A DNA stretch of 64,000 nt from Gemmatimonadota bacterium (GCA_965207805.1 OZ242312.1:1471580-1535579); one strand, 5' to 3'; numbered from the stretch's first letter, positions 41,161 to 55,079 are shown. The notes: generated by a model from the sequence alone, not told the origin. Numbers and translations are program-made.

Positions 41161-42270
41161 GTGCATATGATGGTGTCGGTAGATCTGGCCGGTCTCGTGC
41201 TTCCGGAAGCGATGGAGGAACAGAAGCGGTCCCCCAACGGGTCGCGCGCGTCGTTTCTTCTCCAGCCGCTGGAGCGCGGGTTCGGACACACGATCGGCAA
41301 CTCGATCCGGCGGATCATGTTGTCGTCGCTTCCCGGCGTGGCGGTTTGGGCATTCCGGGCGGACGGCGTTCAGCATGAACACCAGACGGTCGACGGGGTC
41401 GCGGAGGATGTACATCAGATCATCCAGAACCTGAAGCGCCTGGTCCTGGTGATGGACGAAGACAAAGAGGAAGCGAAGCTCTCGCTGACGGCACACAGGG
41501 CCGGTCCGGTCACCGCGAAGCAGATCGTGGAGCATGCGTCGGTTCAGGTCGTGAACCCCGACCTCGTGCTCTTCACGCTGCAGGAGGACTTGCCCGAGAA
41601 CCGCCCTCTCACCTTCGACTTGTGGGTGAATCGCGGCCGCGGCTTCGTCATGGCGGAGCACCACGCGGCTCCCGAGGAGACCGAAGCCAGGCGTGACTTT
41701 CCGGTCGGGACGATCCGGATAGACGCCGTTTACAACCCCGTGACCCGCGCGAATTTCAATGTCAGGGAGACCCGCGTCGGCCAGCGCACGGACTTCGACC
41801 GGCTGGAGGTGGATGTCGAGACCAACGGTGCCCTGAATCCGGCGGAGGCGGTTTCGCAGGCGGCGGAGATTGTCCGACTGCACCTGTCGTATTTCAGTCA
41901 GATGGGGACCGTGCCCACGCTGCCGGAGGCCGTCGAGCCGGTGACCGAGGAGAGCGGAAGGGAGCCCGTCGATTCGGGACTTGTCGAGTTGCTCGAACGC
42001 TCGCTCGAGGAGTTCAGCGAGGTCTCCGCACGTTCACGGAACACGCTCGAAAAGCAGGGCGTCACGACGCTGGGCGATGTCGTCACGCGGTCGCGGGACG
42101 ATATCCTGCGGCTGGAGAATTTCGGAGAGAAGTCTCTCGAGGAGCTTGCGGAGGTCCTCGGCCGACACGGACTCCGGTTCGGAATGTCGTTCCTGCGGGA
42201 TGAGGACGGGAACCTCTACCTGCGGGACGATCTGGCGGGAAACGGAGCTCAGAGCGACGATGAGGCATAG
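41161..42270 (+). CDS. rpoA: DNA-directed RNA polymerase subunit alpha
   Basis: 369 aa with clear N-terminal and C-terminal domain homology (...[15 protein letters not shown]...; ...[30 protein letters not shown]...). The start is ambiguous between the GTG at 41161 and the ATGs at 41167 and 41170. The C-terminal tail is acidic. Confidence 0.95.
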   Translation: MHMMVSVDLAGLVLPEAMEEQKRSPNGSRASFLLQPLERGFGHTIGNSIRRIMLSSLPGVAVWAFRADGVQHEHQTVDGVAEDVHQIIQNLKRLVLVMDEDKEEAKLSLTAHRAGPVTAKQIVEHASVQVVNPDLVLFTLQEDLPENRPLTFDLWVNRGRGFVMAEHHAAPEETEARRDFPVGTIRIDAVYNPVTRANFNVRETRVGQRTDFDRLEVDVETNGALNPAEAVSQAAEIVRLHLSYFSQMGTVPTLPEAVEPVTEESGREPVDSGLVELLERSLEEFSEVSARSRNTLEKQGVTTLGDVVTRSRDDILRLENFGEKSLEELAEVLGRHGLRFGMSFLRDEDGNLYLRDDLAGNGAQSDDEA

Positions 42271-42622
42271 AAAGAAGGGGCGCGAACTCAGTCGGACGCG
42301 CAGCCATCGGAAGGCGATGCTGCGAAACATGGCAACGAGCCTCATCCTGCACGAGCGGATCCGTACGACCGAGGCGAAGGCGAAGGAGTTGCGGCCGTTC
42401 GCCGAAAAGCTCATCACTTTGGCGAAGAGAGGCGATCTGCACAGCCGGCAGCTGGCTGGCCGGCAGATCGCGGACCGCGCCGCACTGCGGAAGCTCTTCG
42501 AGAAGATCGGCCCGCGTTTCGAACATCGACCGGGCGGATACACGAGGATTCTGAAGTTGGGCGCGCGGAAGGGTGACGGAGCGGAGTTGGCGCTCATCGA
42601 ATTCACCGATCGCGAGGCGTGA
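42260..42622 (+). CDS. rplQ: 50S ribosomal protein L17
   Basis: The ATG at 42260 gives [24 protein letters not shown]... and overlaps the end of rpoA by 11 nt. Confidence 0.96.
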   Translation: MRHRKKGRELSRTRSHRKAMLRNMATSLILHERIRTTEAKAKELRPFAEKLITLAKRGDLHSRQLAGRQIADRAALRKLFEKIGPRFEHRPGGYTRILKLGARKGDGAELALIEFTDREA

Positions 42623-42640
42623 GGAACCGGGAGAAGAGAC

Positions 42641-43144
42641 ATGTCCAACAAAGGTGAAGGTGGGCTCGGCGTCATCCTCAGCATCGTCGCGCTGGCGGCC
42701 ATCGGAGGGTTCATGTATTGGCTGAATCTCCAGTCGCGCGACATCGAGGAAGCACGCGCCGCAGCTGAAGCGGCCGAGATCGAAGCGGCCCGTGATCTGG
42801 ACGCGTCCGACCTCCTGGCTAATCCGCAGGGAGCCGTCAACCGCCGTGTGATGATCGAAGGGATCCGCGTCTCGACCGGTCTCGGGCAGGGCGCGTTTGC
42901 GATCGAGCTTGCCTCGGGCGTCGCCTATCCCGTGCTGATGGAACCCGATCCGATCCAGCTCCTCAGAATGGCCAACGTGACGATCTACGGCGGCGACAGC
43001 GTCGCCGTCTCGGGGCAGGTCTACACATTCAACGATTCGATCGCCGGAGTCTGGATCGAGTCCGGAGCGGTACAGGAGGGCATGGGCGAGCTCATTCCAT
43101 CGTCCCCGACCTTCCTGCTCGCCGACTCCGTACACGTGCACTGA
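42641..43144 (+). CDS. hypothetical membrane-anchored protein (one N-terminal TM helix, about 100-aa C-terminal domain)
   Basis: ATG with GGGAGAAG upstream. It lies 18 nt after rplQ and 18 nt before rpmB. It has the TM segment GLGVILSIVALAAIGGFMYWL followed by a charged Ala/Glu helix. I recognise no family. Confidence 0.6.
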   Translation: MSNKGEGGLGVILSIVALAAIGGFMYWLNLQSRDIEEARAAAEAAEIEAARDLDASDLLANPQGAVNRRVMIEGIRVSTGLGQGAFAIELASGVAYPVLMEPDPIQLLRMANVTIYGGDSVAVSGQVYTFNDSIAGVWIESGAVQEGMGELIPSSPTFLLADSVHVH

Positions 43145-43162
43145 GCGGATACTGAGCGGGTC

Positions 43163-43354
43163 ATGGCGAATTTTTGTTACGTCTGCGGCAAGGGACCCGG
43201 CGTCGGGAACCACGTCAGCAACGCGAACAACAAGCGCAAGCGGCGCTTCATGCCGAACCTCCAGCGGGTGAAGATCGTGGAGGATTCGGGCCGTCGCCGT
43301 GTGCGCGTCTGCACGCGGTGCATCAAGGCGGGAAAAGTCGTCAAGGCGTCCTGA
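43163..43354 (+). CDS. rpmB: 50S ribosomal protein L28 (Cys4 form)
   Basis: 63 aa: [34 protein letters not shown]...CTRCIK. Confidence 0.93.
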   Translation: MANFCYVCGKGPGVGNHVSNANNKRKRRFMPNLQRVKIVEDSGRRRVRVCTRCIKAGKVVKAS

Positions 43355-43413
43355 CGACGCGTCTCGGCGACGTTTCGAACGTAGCGGGGGCTTTGCCACG
43401 GACTGCTGACCGG

Positions 43414-43445
43414 CGACCGGCCGCGGGGGTCCCCGCGGCCGGTCG
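43414..43445 (+). terminator. strong GC hairpin downstream of rpmB (probable terminator at the end of the ribosomal gene train)
   Basis: Perfect 15-bp inverted repeat CGACCGGCCGCGGGG / CCCCGCGGCCGGTCG separated by GT, followed by TCTCGCATT (only a weak U tract). Confidence 0.5.
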
Positions 43446-43463
43446 TCTCGCATTGGCCGTCCG

Positions 43464-44270
43464 GTGATTCCCCTCCCGCTCGCGGGCCAGCATGTACTGG
43501 TCACGCGGCCCGCCGGGCAGGCCGAAGGCTTCCGCACCCTCCTGGAGGCCGCGGGTGCGACCGTAACGACGGCGCCGACCATCCGGCTGATCCCTCCACC
43601 CGATCCGGGGGCGCTGGAGCGGACGGTCGCCCGGCTGGCCGAATACGACTGGGTCGTGCTGACGAGTGTGAACGCTGTCCACCGCCTTGCGGAGGCCGCG
43701 CCGGAAGCGGACTCGATCGCGCCGGCGGCGAGCCGGTTCGCAGCCGTGGGTCCGGCGACCGCGGACGCGCTTCGGGCCCTCGGAGTGGCGGAGTGCCTCG
43801 TGCCGCCGGTCTATCGCGGCGAAGCGCTCGCGGACGAGATCGTGGCGGCGACCGGTCCGGGGAGCCTCTCGGCCGCGCGGGTCCTGCTCGTGCAGGCGGA
43901 GCGGGCGCGTCCCGTGCTGCGGGAACGACTCGCCGCCGCCGGAGCGCGGGTCGATGTCGCCCCGGCTTACGCGGTGGAGGTCAACCGTGACGTGCGAGAC
44001 GTTCTCCGGGAGTTCATCGAACTGGGTCGCGGGGACTGGCTGACGTTCACGGCTTCGTCCGCCGCCCGTGCCTTCGTGCAACTCGTCGGCGCGCAGACCG
44101 GCGGTGCTCTCGTCGCCGCCATCAGTCCGGTGACCGCATCGACGCTCTCCCGACTCGGTCTGCCGGTGCATGTCGTGGCGGCGACCCACTCGATGCCCGG
44201 CCTCGTGGACGCTCTGGTTGCATCCGCCGGGCGCCCCGGCCGCTTCGCGGCGACTCACGGCCATGCCTGA
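43464..44270 (+). CDS. hemD: uroporphyrinogen-III synthase
   Basis: GTG start, 268 aa, HEM4-family pattern (HVLVTRPAGQAEGF..., two-lobed repeat). It overlaps hemB by 8 nt. Confidence 0.8.
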   Translation: MIPLPLAGQHVLVTRPAGQAEGFRTLLEAAGATVTTAPTIRLIPPPDPGALERTVARLAEYDWVVLTSVNAVHRLAEAAPEADSIAPAASRFAAVGPATADALRALGVAECLVPPVYRGEALADEIVAATGPGSLSAARVLLVQAERARPVLRERLAAAGARVDVAPAYAVEVNRDVRDVLREFIELGRGDWLTFTASSAARAFVQLVGAQTGGALVAAISPVTASTLSRLGLPVHVVAATHSMPGLVDALVASAGRPGRFAATHGHA

Positions 44271-45240
44271 AGCGTCGTTTCCCGCCGCCCGGCCACGCCG
44301 CCTGCGCCGCACGGCCGCCCTGCGCGAACTGGTGCGGGAGACTCGGCTCGAGGCTTCCGATCTCATCTACCCCATGTTCATCGATGACCGGGGTCCGGCC
44401 CGGCAGCCGATCCCTTCGATGCCCGGGATCGACCGCGTGAACGTCGAGGCGGCCGTCGAAGAAGCCGGCGCGGCGTTGGACGAGGGGATACGGGCCGTCC
44501 TCCTGTTCGGTCTGCCGGCAAGCAAGGATGCGCGGGGTTCGCGCGCGGACGAGCCCGACGGCGTGATCCAGCGTTCGCTGCGGGCGCTTCGCCGCGCGCT
44601 TCCCGACCTGGTCCTGATCACGGATGTCTGCCTGTGCGAATACACGGATCACGGCCACTGCGGGATCCTCGACGGCGACCGTGTCGCGAACGACCCGACA
44701 CTCGAGCGGCTCGCCGCCCAGGCCGTAAGTCACGGGGCCGCAGGGGCGGACATCGTCGCGCCGTCGGACATGATGGACGGTCGAGTCGGAGTGATTCGCG
44801 CAGCGCTCGACGAAGCGCGCCTCGAGGACGTGGCCATTCTGTCCTATGCCGCGAAGTATGCGAGCGCCTTCTACGGCCCTTTCCGTGACGCGGCGGACTC
44901 CGCACCGGCCTTCGGGGATCGGCGCGGGTATCAGATGGACGTGCGGAACGCGGATGAGGCGATCCGCGAGGTCCGTTTCGACATCGCCGAGGGGGCGGAT
45001 CTCGTCATGGTGAAACCGGCGCTGCCGAATCTCGACATCCTCCGCCGGGTCAAGGATGAGTTCCGGATGCCCACCGCGGCGTATCAGGTGAGCGGGGAAT
45101 ACGCGATGATCGAGGCTGCTGGTGCCCGTGGTTGGCTCGACGCGGAAGCGGCCAGCCTGGAGGCGGTCCGCGCCATCCGGCGTGCGGGGGCGGACCTCGT
45201 CGTGACCTATGCCGCGCGGCGCCTCGCGCGGGCGCTCTAG
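44263..45240 (+). CDS. hemB: porphobilinogen synthase (zinc type)
   Basis: The ATG at 44263 gives ...RPRRLRRTAALRELV.... Cys-rich metal site DVCLCEYTDHGHCG; Schiff-base lysine segment DLVMVKPALP. Confidence 0.95.
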   Translation: MPEASFPAARPRRLRRTAALRELVRETRLEASDLIYPMFIDDRGPARQPIPSMPGIDRVNVEAAVEEAGAALDEGIRAVLLFGLPASKDARGSRADEPDGVIQRSLRALRRALPDLVLITDVCLCEYTDHGHCGILDGDRVANDPTLERLAAQAVSHGAAGADIVAPSDMMDGRVGVIRAALDEARLEDVAILSYAAKYASAFYGPFRDAADSAPAFGDRRGYQMDVRNADEAIREVRFDIAEGADLVMVKPALPNLDILRRVKDEFRMPTAAYQVSGEYAMIEAAGARGWLDAEAASLEAVRAIRRAGADLVVTYAARRLARAL

Positions 45241-45277
45241 TGTCTGCCGTCACCCGTCGCTCGGTCGGGTGCCTCCG

Positions 45278-46240
45278 GTGAGGGTCCTCGTGACGGGGGG
45301 CGACGGGTTCATCGGACAGCACCTGGTCGAGCATTTGCTGGACGGCGGATACGAGGTGACGGCGACGATGCTCGGGGAGGCATCCTGCGGCGGGACCCTT
45401 TCGGCGGCCGCCCGCGCGGCGGCCGAATGGACACGGCTCGATGTGCGGGACACCGACGCCGTCGCCTCGGTCGTGCACGCCGCCCGCCCGCGCCGAATCT
45501 TCCACCTTGCCGGGTTTTCGTCGGGCGCCGAGGCCAGCGTGCGGTCCCGCGATGCTCTCGCGGTGAACGGCGCGGGCACCTTGAGTCTGATCGAAGCGGT
45601 CGCGCGCGCCCCCGCGGACGTGCAGGCCGTGGTCGTGGCGGGTTCAGCGGATTCGTACGGCGGCGGCGGCGGTGGACCGATCCGGGAGCGCACGCCGCTT
45701 CGGCCGACGAGCATATACGGCGCGACCAAGGCCGCCCAGGATGTTCTCGCCCGCGGAGCCGGCGCGGCTCTGGGCGTGCGTGTGGTCGTCGCACGGCTCT
45801 TTCCGCTCGTCGGTCCCGGACAGCGTCCGGTGTTCGTACTCCCAAGCTTCTGCCGTCGCGCCCTCGCGATTCGGCGGGGAACGGCGGAACCGCGGCTCGC
45901 CGTGGGCAATCTGGACGTGGTGCGCGACTTCACGGACGTGCGCGACGGCGTCCGGGCGCTCGCAGGCATCTCCGACCTCGACGGGACGCCCCACATGGCG
46001 TACAACGTGTGCTCCGGGAACGCGACGAAGATCCGCCGGCTGCTCGAGTGGGTGCTCGAGAGGGCGGAGATCGAGCCCGAGATCGTGCGCGATCCGGCCC
46101 TTGTCAGGCGCGGAGAGCCCGAAGCCATTGTCGGTGACCCCACGCGGCTGCGGGCCGCGACCGGGTGGCGCGCGGAGCGCGACCTGCGGGCCTGCGTACA
46201 CGCCACGATGGACTGGGTCGCGAGCTCCGGCGCGGCCTGA
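45278..46240 (+). CDS. NAD-dependent sugar-nucleotide epimerase/dehydratase (extended SDR)
   Basis: The GTG at 45278 gives RVLVTGGDGFIGQHLVEHLL (the GxxGxxG motif). The catalytic YGATK (YxxxK) is present. Substrate is unknown. Confidence 0.8.
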   Translation: MRVLVTGGDGFIGQHLVEHLLDGGYEVTATMLGEASCGGTLSAAARAAAEWTRLDVRDTDAVASVVHAARPRRIFHLAGFSSGAEASVRSRDALAVNGAGTLSLIEAVARAPADVQAVVVAGSADSYGGGGGGPIRERTPLRPTSIYGATKAAQDVLARGAGAALGVRVVVARLFPLVGPGQRPVFVLPSFCRRALAIRRGTAEPRLAVGNLDVVRDFTDVRDGVRALAGISDLDGTPHMAYNVCSGNATKIRRLLEWVLERAEIEPEIVRDPALVRRGEPEAIVGDPTRLRAATGWRAERDLRACVHATMDWVASSGAA

Positions 46241-46292
46241 TGGGTCGAGCCCCGACACCGAGAGCCTCTGACGAAGAGTGACGGAGAACTCA

Positions 46293-47621
46293 ATGGACAT
46301 CACCGTGATCGGCACCGGATACGTTGGACTCGTCGCAGGGTCCTGTCTGGCCGGGTCGGGGAACCGCGTCACCTGTGCCGACGTTGACGAAGAAAAGATC
46401 CGGCGTTTGAACTCCGGAGACGTCCCGTTCTACGAGCCCGGCATCGAGCGCCTGATCTCGGAGGGCCTCGCCGCCGGACGGCTTCGATTCACGACGGACG
46501 CGGCGGAGGGCGTCCGGACGGCCGACGTCATCTTCGTCGCGGTAGGTACGCCGCCCGGTCAGGACGGACTGGCGGACCTCGACTTCGTGCTGGACGCGGC
46601 CCGGGTGATCGGAGACCATCTGCGCCCCGGCGCAGTCGTCGTCATGAAGAGCACCGTACCCGTCGGGACGAACGACATCGTGCGGGAAGAGATCGCCCGA
46701 CGGACCGATCTGACCTTCCACATGTGCTCGAACCCCGAGTTCCTCAAGGAAGGAGACGCGGTGGGGGACTTCCTTTACCCCGACCGGGTCGTCTGCGGCG
46801 TGGACTCGGACCACGCCCGGCGGTGCATGGAGGAGCTGTACGAACCCTTCATCCGCTCGGGGAACCCGCTGATCTTCATGGACATCGCCTCGGCGGAACT
46901 GACCAAGTACGCGGCGAACGCAATGCTCGCCGCCCGGATCGGCATGATGAACCAGTTCGCCGAACTGTGCGAACAGACCGGCGCCGACATCGAGCGCGTC
47001 CGCCGCGGCGTGGGCTCCGACCCTCGCATCGGATCGGCCTTTCTCTACGCCGGCACCGGGTATGGCGGCAGCTGCCTCCCCAAGGATGTGCGGGCGATCA
47101 TCCGCTCCGCCGAGAGGCAGGGCGTCGACCTCGGCATCCTGAGGTCCGTGGCCGAAGCGAACGATCGCCAGACCACCGTCCTCGTCCGGAAAATCCGGAA
47201 GCGGTTCGGCGACGACCTCACAGGCCTGCGCTTCGCGCTGTGGGGGCTTGCGTTCAAGCCGCGCACGGATGACATGCGCGAGGCGCCCTCGCGCGCGATC
47301 GCCGAGGCGCTGCGTGAACGGGGGGCGTCGGTAGTGGCGCACGATCCCGCCGCCATGGAGCGGTCGCGCGAGTTCTATCTGGGACACGCCGTGGAATACG
47401 CGGCGAACGAGTACGAGGCGCTCGACGGCGCGGACGCGCTCGTGGTCGTGACGGAGTGGCTCCAGTACCGGCGTCCCGACTGGTCCCGCCTCGCGGAGCG
47501 CATGGCCCGCCCCATCGTGTTCGACGGGCGCAACGTGTTCGAACCGGACCGCATGGCTTCGCGAGGGTTCGAGCACTACCCGGTCGGGCGTAGGCAGACC
47601 GGTCAGGCGGAGATCGCATGA
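46293..47621 (+). CDS. ugd: UDP-glucose 6-dehydrogenase
   Basis: [20 protein letters not shown]... with the catalytic-Cys segment [10 protein letters not shown]. An alternative GTG start lies at 46278. Confidence 0.92.
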   Translation: MDITVIGTGYVGLVAGSCLAGSGNRVTCADVDEEKIRRLNSGDVPFYEPGIERLISEGLAAGRLRFTTDAAEGVRTADVIFVAVGTPPGQDGLADLDFVLDAARVIGDHLRPGAVVVMKSTVPVGTNDIVREEIARRTDLTFHMCSNPEFLKEGDAVGDFLYPDRVVCGVDSDHARRCMEELYEPFIRSGNPLIFMDIASAELTKYAANAMLAARIGMMNQFAELCEQTGADIERVRRGVGSDPRIGSAFLYAGTGYGGSCLPKDVRAIIRSAERQGVDLGILRSVAEANDRQTTVLVRKIRKRFGDDLTGLRFALWGLAFKPRTDDMREAPSRAIAEALRERGASVVAHDPAAMERSREFYLGHAVEYAANEYEALDGADALVVVTEWLQYRRPDWSRLAERMARPIVFDGRNVFEPDRMASRGFEHYPVGRRQTGQAEIA

Positions 47622-48568
47622 GACTGGTCGTCACCGGTGCCGCCGGCTTCCTCGGCTCGCACCTCACCGACCGCCTCCTCGCCGAGGGGCACTCGGTCGT
47701 CGGCATCGACAGCCTGATCACCGGGAAGCGGCGCAATCTCGCTCATCTGCGCGGCGAACCGAGGTTCGCGTTTCTCGAGCGGGACGTCTCGGAGCCCATC
47801 GAGATCGAGGGGGAGGTCCACGGGGTCTTCCACTTCGCTTCGCCGGCCAGCCCGGTCGACTACCTTCGGTTCCCGATCCACACGCTGAAAGCAGGAGCCC
47901 TCGGCACGCGCAACGCCCTGGGTCTGGCCAGAGCGAGGGGCTCCCGGCTGCTGCTCGCGTCCACCTCGGAAGTCTATGGAGATCCGCTCGTCCATCCTCA
48001 GCCAGAAACGTACTGGGGCAACGTGAACCCGGTCGGTCCGCGCTCCGTGTACGACGAGGCCAAGCGCTTCGCCGAGGCCATCACGATGGCCTACCACCGC
48101 GAGTACGGCGTGGATACGCGCATCGTGCGAATCTTCAACACCTACGGCCCGCGCATGCGTCCCGACGATGGCCGCGTAGTCTCGAATTTCGTCGTCCAGG
48201 CGCTGCGGGGGGAGCCGCTCACGGTCTACGGAGACGGCTCCCAGTCACGGAGTTTCTGTTACGTGTCCGACCTTGTGGAGGGGATCTGGCGTCTCTTCAA
48301 CGCCGATATCCACGAGCCGGTGAACCTGGGCAATCCCGGCGAGTATACGATCCGCGAGCTGGCCGATCTCGTGCTCGCGAGCACGGACTCCGCGTCCACG
48401 ACCGACGTGCGTCCGCTGCCCCAAGACGACCCGAGAAGGCGCTCTCCCGACATCTCTCTCGCTGCCGCCCGGCTCGACTGGATTCCCCGAGTCCCGCTCG
48501 AGGTCGGACTGAAGCGAACGGTCGAGTATTTTCGGGAAATGCGGCCGCCCGGGGCAGGACCCGAATGA
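47618..48568 (+). CDS. uxs: UDP-glucuronate decarboxylase (UDP-xylose synthase-like SDR)
   Basis: [16 protein letters not shown]...[43 protein letters not shown] overlap with ugd. Confidence 0.85.
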   Translation: MRLVVTGAAGFLGSHLTDRLLAEGHSVVGIDSLITGKRRNLAHLRGEPRFAFLERDVSEPIEIEGEVHGVFHFASPASPVDYLRFPIHTLKAGALGTRNALGLARARGSRLLLASTSEVYGDPLVHPQPETYWGNVNPVGPRSVYDEAKRFAEAITMAYHREYGVDTRIVRIFNTYGPRMRPDDGRVVSNFVVQALRGEPLTVYGDGSQSRSFCYVSDLVEGIWRLFNADIHEPVNLGNPGEYTIRELADLVLASTDSASTTDVRPLPQDDPRRRSPDISLAAARLDWIPRVPLEVGLKRTVEYFREMRPPGAGPE

Positions 48569-49341
48569 ACGCACAGGTCTCCGTGGTCATGCCCGTATAC
48601 AACGAGGAAGCGACGCTCGAGGCGATCGTCCGGCGCGTAAAGGAGGTGGCCCCGGACGTGGAGCTCGTCGCGATCGACGACGGCTCGGCCGACGCATCCG
48701 CGTCGATCCTGAACCGGCTGGAAGCGGAGGGGCTGGTCGATCGGGTCCTCTCGCACGAGCGGAACCAGGGGAAGGGCGCGGCGCTTTCAACGGGGTTCAG
48801 GGGTGTCAGCGGCGATATCATCATCATCCAGGACGCGGATCTCGAATACGACCCCGCCGAGTATCCGCGCCTCCTGGAGCCGATCCTCTCCGGCAGAGCG
48901 GATGTCGTCTACGGGTCGCGATTCATGGGCGGCCAGCCGCACCGCGTCCTCTACTACTGGCACTACGTGGGGAACCGGTGGCTGACTCGGCTGTCAAACA
49001 TGATGACGAACCTGAACCTCACGGACATGGAGACGTGCTACAAGTGCTTCCGCCGGGAAGTGATCGAGCAGCTCACGATCGAGGAGCGGGCCTTCGGCGT
49101 CGAACCGGAAATCACGGCGAAGATCGCCATGGGGGGCTGGCGCGTGTATGAGGTTGGGATCTCGTACGCGGGACGGACGTACGCGGAGGGCAAGAAGATC
49201 GGCTGGCGCGATGGCGTTTCCGCGCTGCGCTGTATCTTTCTGTACGGCCTCGTCCGGCGCTGGACCAGCAAGGGCGGGCCGAGCGCATCGCGCGAGGCAA
49301 CGCGCGACATCCGTAGCGGCGTCGAAAGCGGGGAGACTTGA
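48565..49341 (+). CDS. family 2 glycosyltransferase (polyprenyl-phosphate sugar transferase-like)
   Basis: [11 protein letters not shown]...AIDDGSAD...[12 protein letters not shown], as in DPM1/ArnC-like GT2 enzymes. ATGA overlap with the previous gene. I saw no C-terminal TM helices. Confidence 0.85.
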   Translation: MNAQVSVVMPVYNEEATLEAIVRRVKEVAPDVELVAIDDGSADASASILNRLEAEGLVDRVLSHERNQGKGAALSTGFRGVSGDIIIIQDADLEYDPAEYPRLLEPILSGRADVVYGSRFMGGQPHRVLYYWHYVGNRWLTRLSNMMTNLNLTDMETCYKCFRREVIEQLTIEERAFGVEPEITAKIAMGGWRVYEVGISYAGRTYAEGKKIGWRDGVSALRCIFLYGLVRRWTSKGGPSASREATRDIRSGVESGET

Positions 49342-49375
49342 GACAATCGGGAGACGAAGGCCGGCAGGGGCGCCC

Positions 49376-50296
49376 ATGGTGACCGTCCGTCAGTGGATCG
49401 TTCAGGGGACCGCCGGGGTCCTGGCGGCGCTTGCGCTGGCCGCGTGCGAGGACCCGGTGGACCGCTCCGTCGTGCGCGGGGATCGCTACCTGGCCGTCGG
49501 GGACGCGGAGAAGGCGATCGCCGAGTATCTCCTCGCCCGCCGCGTCAGCGGAGACACGGACGATCTCCTCCTCCGCCTCGGGCACGCCTATGCGGTGCGC
49601 GGCGACGTCGACGAGGCGCTCACCGTCTACGAGACGCTGGCGGAGCGCGACCCGCGGCTGCGGCATCAGGCCGCGGCCTCGCTTGCCGGACTCGCGTGGT
49701 CCGCGCGGGAGCGGGGCGCGGCGGAGAACATGTCCCGCGCACTCCAGCCCCTCGTCGGTTGGGGACTGGGGTATCTTCCCGCCGACCTCCAGCGCTCGCT
49801 GGCCGCCTACCATGCGGCGGAGGGTGACTACGCCCGCGCCCTTTCGCTGCGCCTCGCGCTCCTTGCCGGGGAGGGGGATCCGGAACCGGCGGTCTTGTAC
49901 GATGTCGGCCTCGCATATGAACAGCTCGGCGCCTGCACTCGCGCGCTGCCTTTCTATCGGGATTTCCTCGAGGCGATGGAGGAAAGCCGCTCGAACCCGG
50001 GGGACGCCCGCTACCGCTACGGGAATTGCCTCTACGTGTCGGCCGATGAAGACCGGGCGGAGGGCCGCCCCGCCGCCGCCCTCGAGAAGCTGGCGGAAAT
50101 GGTCGAACTCGGTGAGCCGCGGACGCACATGGTTGAGGCGCACTTCCTCATCGGCGAACTCCACCTGGCGCTCGGCCAGACCGACGAAGCTCTCGTCAAC
50201 TACGCCCGCGTGCTGGAACTGAACCCGACACGCACACACGCGCTCGTCCGGCGCGCGGAGGAGCGGATCCGACAGATCCGCTTCGGCTTCGAATGA
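49376..50296 (+). CDS. TPR-repeat lipoprotein
   Basis: The ATG at 49376 gives a signal peptide with the lipobox LAAC, followed by several TPR-like repeats (e.g. DAEKAIAEYLLA, DVDEALTVYETLAERDP, TDEALVNYARVLELNP). Confidence 0.7.
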   Translation: MVTVRQWIVQGTAGVLAALALAACEDPVDRSVVRGDRYLAVGDAEKAIAEYLLARRVSGDTDDLLLRLGHAYAVRGDVDEALTVYETLAERDPRLRHQAAASLAGLAWSARERGAAENMSRALQPLVGWGLGYLPADLQRSLAAYHAAEGDYARALSLRLALLAGEGDPEPAVLYDVGLAYEQLGACTRALPFYRDFLEAMEESRSNPGDARYRYGNCLYVSADEDRAEGRPAAALEKLAEMVELGEPRTHMVEAHFLIGELHLALGQTDEALVNYARVLELNPTRTHALVRRAEERIRQIRFGFE

Positions 50297-51096
50297 GGCT
50301 CCCGGCCGCGACGGCGCCTCGCGATGTGCTTCATGGGGTGCTCGCCGCCACGGTCCTGGTGCTTGCGGGCTGCTCGAGTTCCGGGCCCCCGGGCGAACTC
50401 GAGCCACCGGATCTCTTCCAGTGGGCGCAGGACCGGTTCGACGCCGAGGAGTATCGCAGGGCGGCCGAGGGCTTCCTCGCCTTCATGGTCCGCGATCCCC
50501 TGAATCCGCTCGTCGACAGCGCGCAGTACCTCGCGGCCGAGGGCCAGCTCCGGGCGGGCAACGAACTCGACGCCGTGGAGGAGTTCCGTCGCATGGCCAC
50601 GAACCGGCCCAACAGTCCCCTGGCGGACGACGCGCAGTTCGGGCTGTGCCGCGCCTACCTCGCGGCGTCGCCCCGGGTGACCCTTTCACAGGAGTTCACG
50701 CGGCGTGCCCTCGAGGAATGCGAGCGGTTGCTGCAGTTCTTCCCCACGACCCCCTTCCGTGAGCGCGCCGAGGACCTGATGGCGGGAGCGCGGGCGAAGC
50801 TCGCCGAGAAGAGCTACGAAATCGGGAAGTACTATCAGGATCGCTGGAGGCTGCCGGAATCCGCGATCGTCTACTTCGAAAAGTCGCTGGCCGAGGAGCC
50901 GACCGAGGATTTCCTGCCGGACCTCCTGTTGCGACTGTATCGCAGTTACAGTGTCGTGGGATACGAGACCGAGGCCGGCGTCGTCCGGGAGCGGCTGCTG
51001 TCGGAGTTTCCCGAATCGGAGGAAACCCGGTTGCTGTTGGCGGAAGAAGACCCGGCGGCGGCGGACTCCGCGGGGGATGTCGGATCCCCCCGCTGA
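50293..51096 (+). CDS. bamD: outer membrane protein assembly factor BamD (YfiO-like lipoprotein)
   Basis: Lipobox VLAGCSS followed by TPR-like helices. The segment AKLAEKSYEIGKYYQDRWRLPESAIVYFEKSL is BamD-typical. ATGA overlap with the TPR lipoprotein gene. Confidence 0.75.
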   Translation: MRLPAATAPRDVLHGVLAATVLVLAGCSSSGPPGELEPPDLFQWAQDRFDAEEYRRAAEGFLAFMVRDPLNPLVDSAQYLAAEGQLRAGNELDAVEEFRRMATNRPNSPLADDAQFGLCRAYLAASPRVTLSQEFTRRALEECERLLQFFPTTPFRERAEDLMAGARAKLAEKSYEIGKYYQDRWRLPESAIVYFEKSLAEEPTEDFLPDLLLRLYRSYSVVGYETEAGVVRERLLSEFPESEETRLLLAEEDPAAADSAGDVGSPR

Positions 51097-51706
51097 AGTC
51101 CCGGCGGGCGGTCGGCGGACGGGCATCCTCGGCGGGAGCTTCGATCCGCCGCACGTGGGCCACGTCTCCGTGGCGCGCGACCTTGTCGAAGCGCTGCGCC
51201 TCGACCGGCTGCTCGTGGTCCCCGCGGGGGATCCGCCGCACCGTGAAGTCACGCTCCCGGCGAAGGTCCGCCTCGACCTCACGCGCCGGGCCTTCGCGGA
51301 TCTGCCCGGTATCGAGGTCAGCCCGCTGGAGATCGAGCGGGCGGGTCCCTCCTACACTGTGGACACGCTGGAAGCCCTCGCGCAGCGCTTTCCTTCCGAC
51401 CGGCTCGTCCTCGCGATGGGCGCGGACCAGTTCGCGGCGATCCACCGCTGGGAACGCTGGCGCCGGCTTCCGGAGCTCGCTCGCATTGCGGTGATGCCGC
51501 GGGGCGGCCGGGAACCCGCACCCTCCCCGGAGTCGATGCCGATCGAGTATGTTGTCGCCGACGTCACACGAGTGGATATCTCGGCGAGCCGGATCCGGCA
51601 GCGCCTCGAGGAGGGGCGTTCGGTCCACCTCCTCGTTCCGGAAACGATCCGACACCATGTCAAGCGCGCCTGGGCCGGACGCCGAGCGCGCCATGTAACC
51701 CAGTGA
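51077..51706 (+). CDS. nadD: nicotinate-nucleotide adenylyltransferase
   Basis: The ATG at 51077 gives ...GILGGSFDPPHVGH... and a C-terminal ISASRIRQRL motif. It overlaps bamD by 20 nt. Confidence 0.88.
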   Translation: MSDPPAEVPAGGRRTGILGGSFDPPHVGHVSVARDLVEALRLDRLLVVPAGDPPHREVTLPAKVRLDLTRRAFADLPGIEVSPLEIERAGPSYTVDTLEALAQRFPSDRLVLAMGADQFAAIHRWERWRRLPELARIAVMPRGGREPAPSPESMPIEYVVADVTRVDISASRIRQRLEEGRSVHLLVPETIRHHVKRAWAGRRARHVTQ

Positions 51707-51713
51707 GCCCCGG

Positions 51714-55079
<3,366 letters not shown>

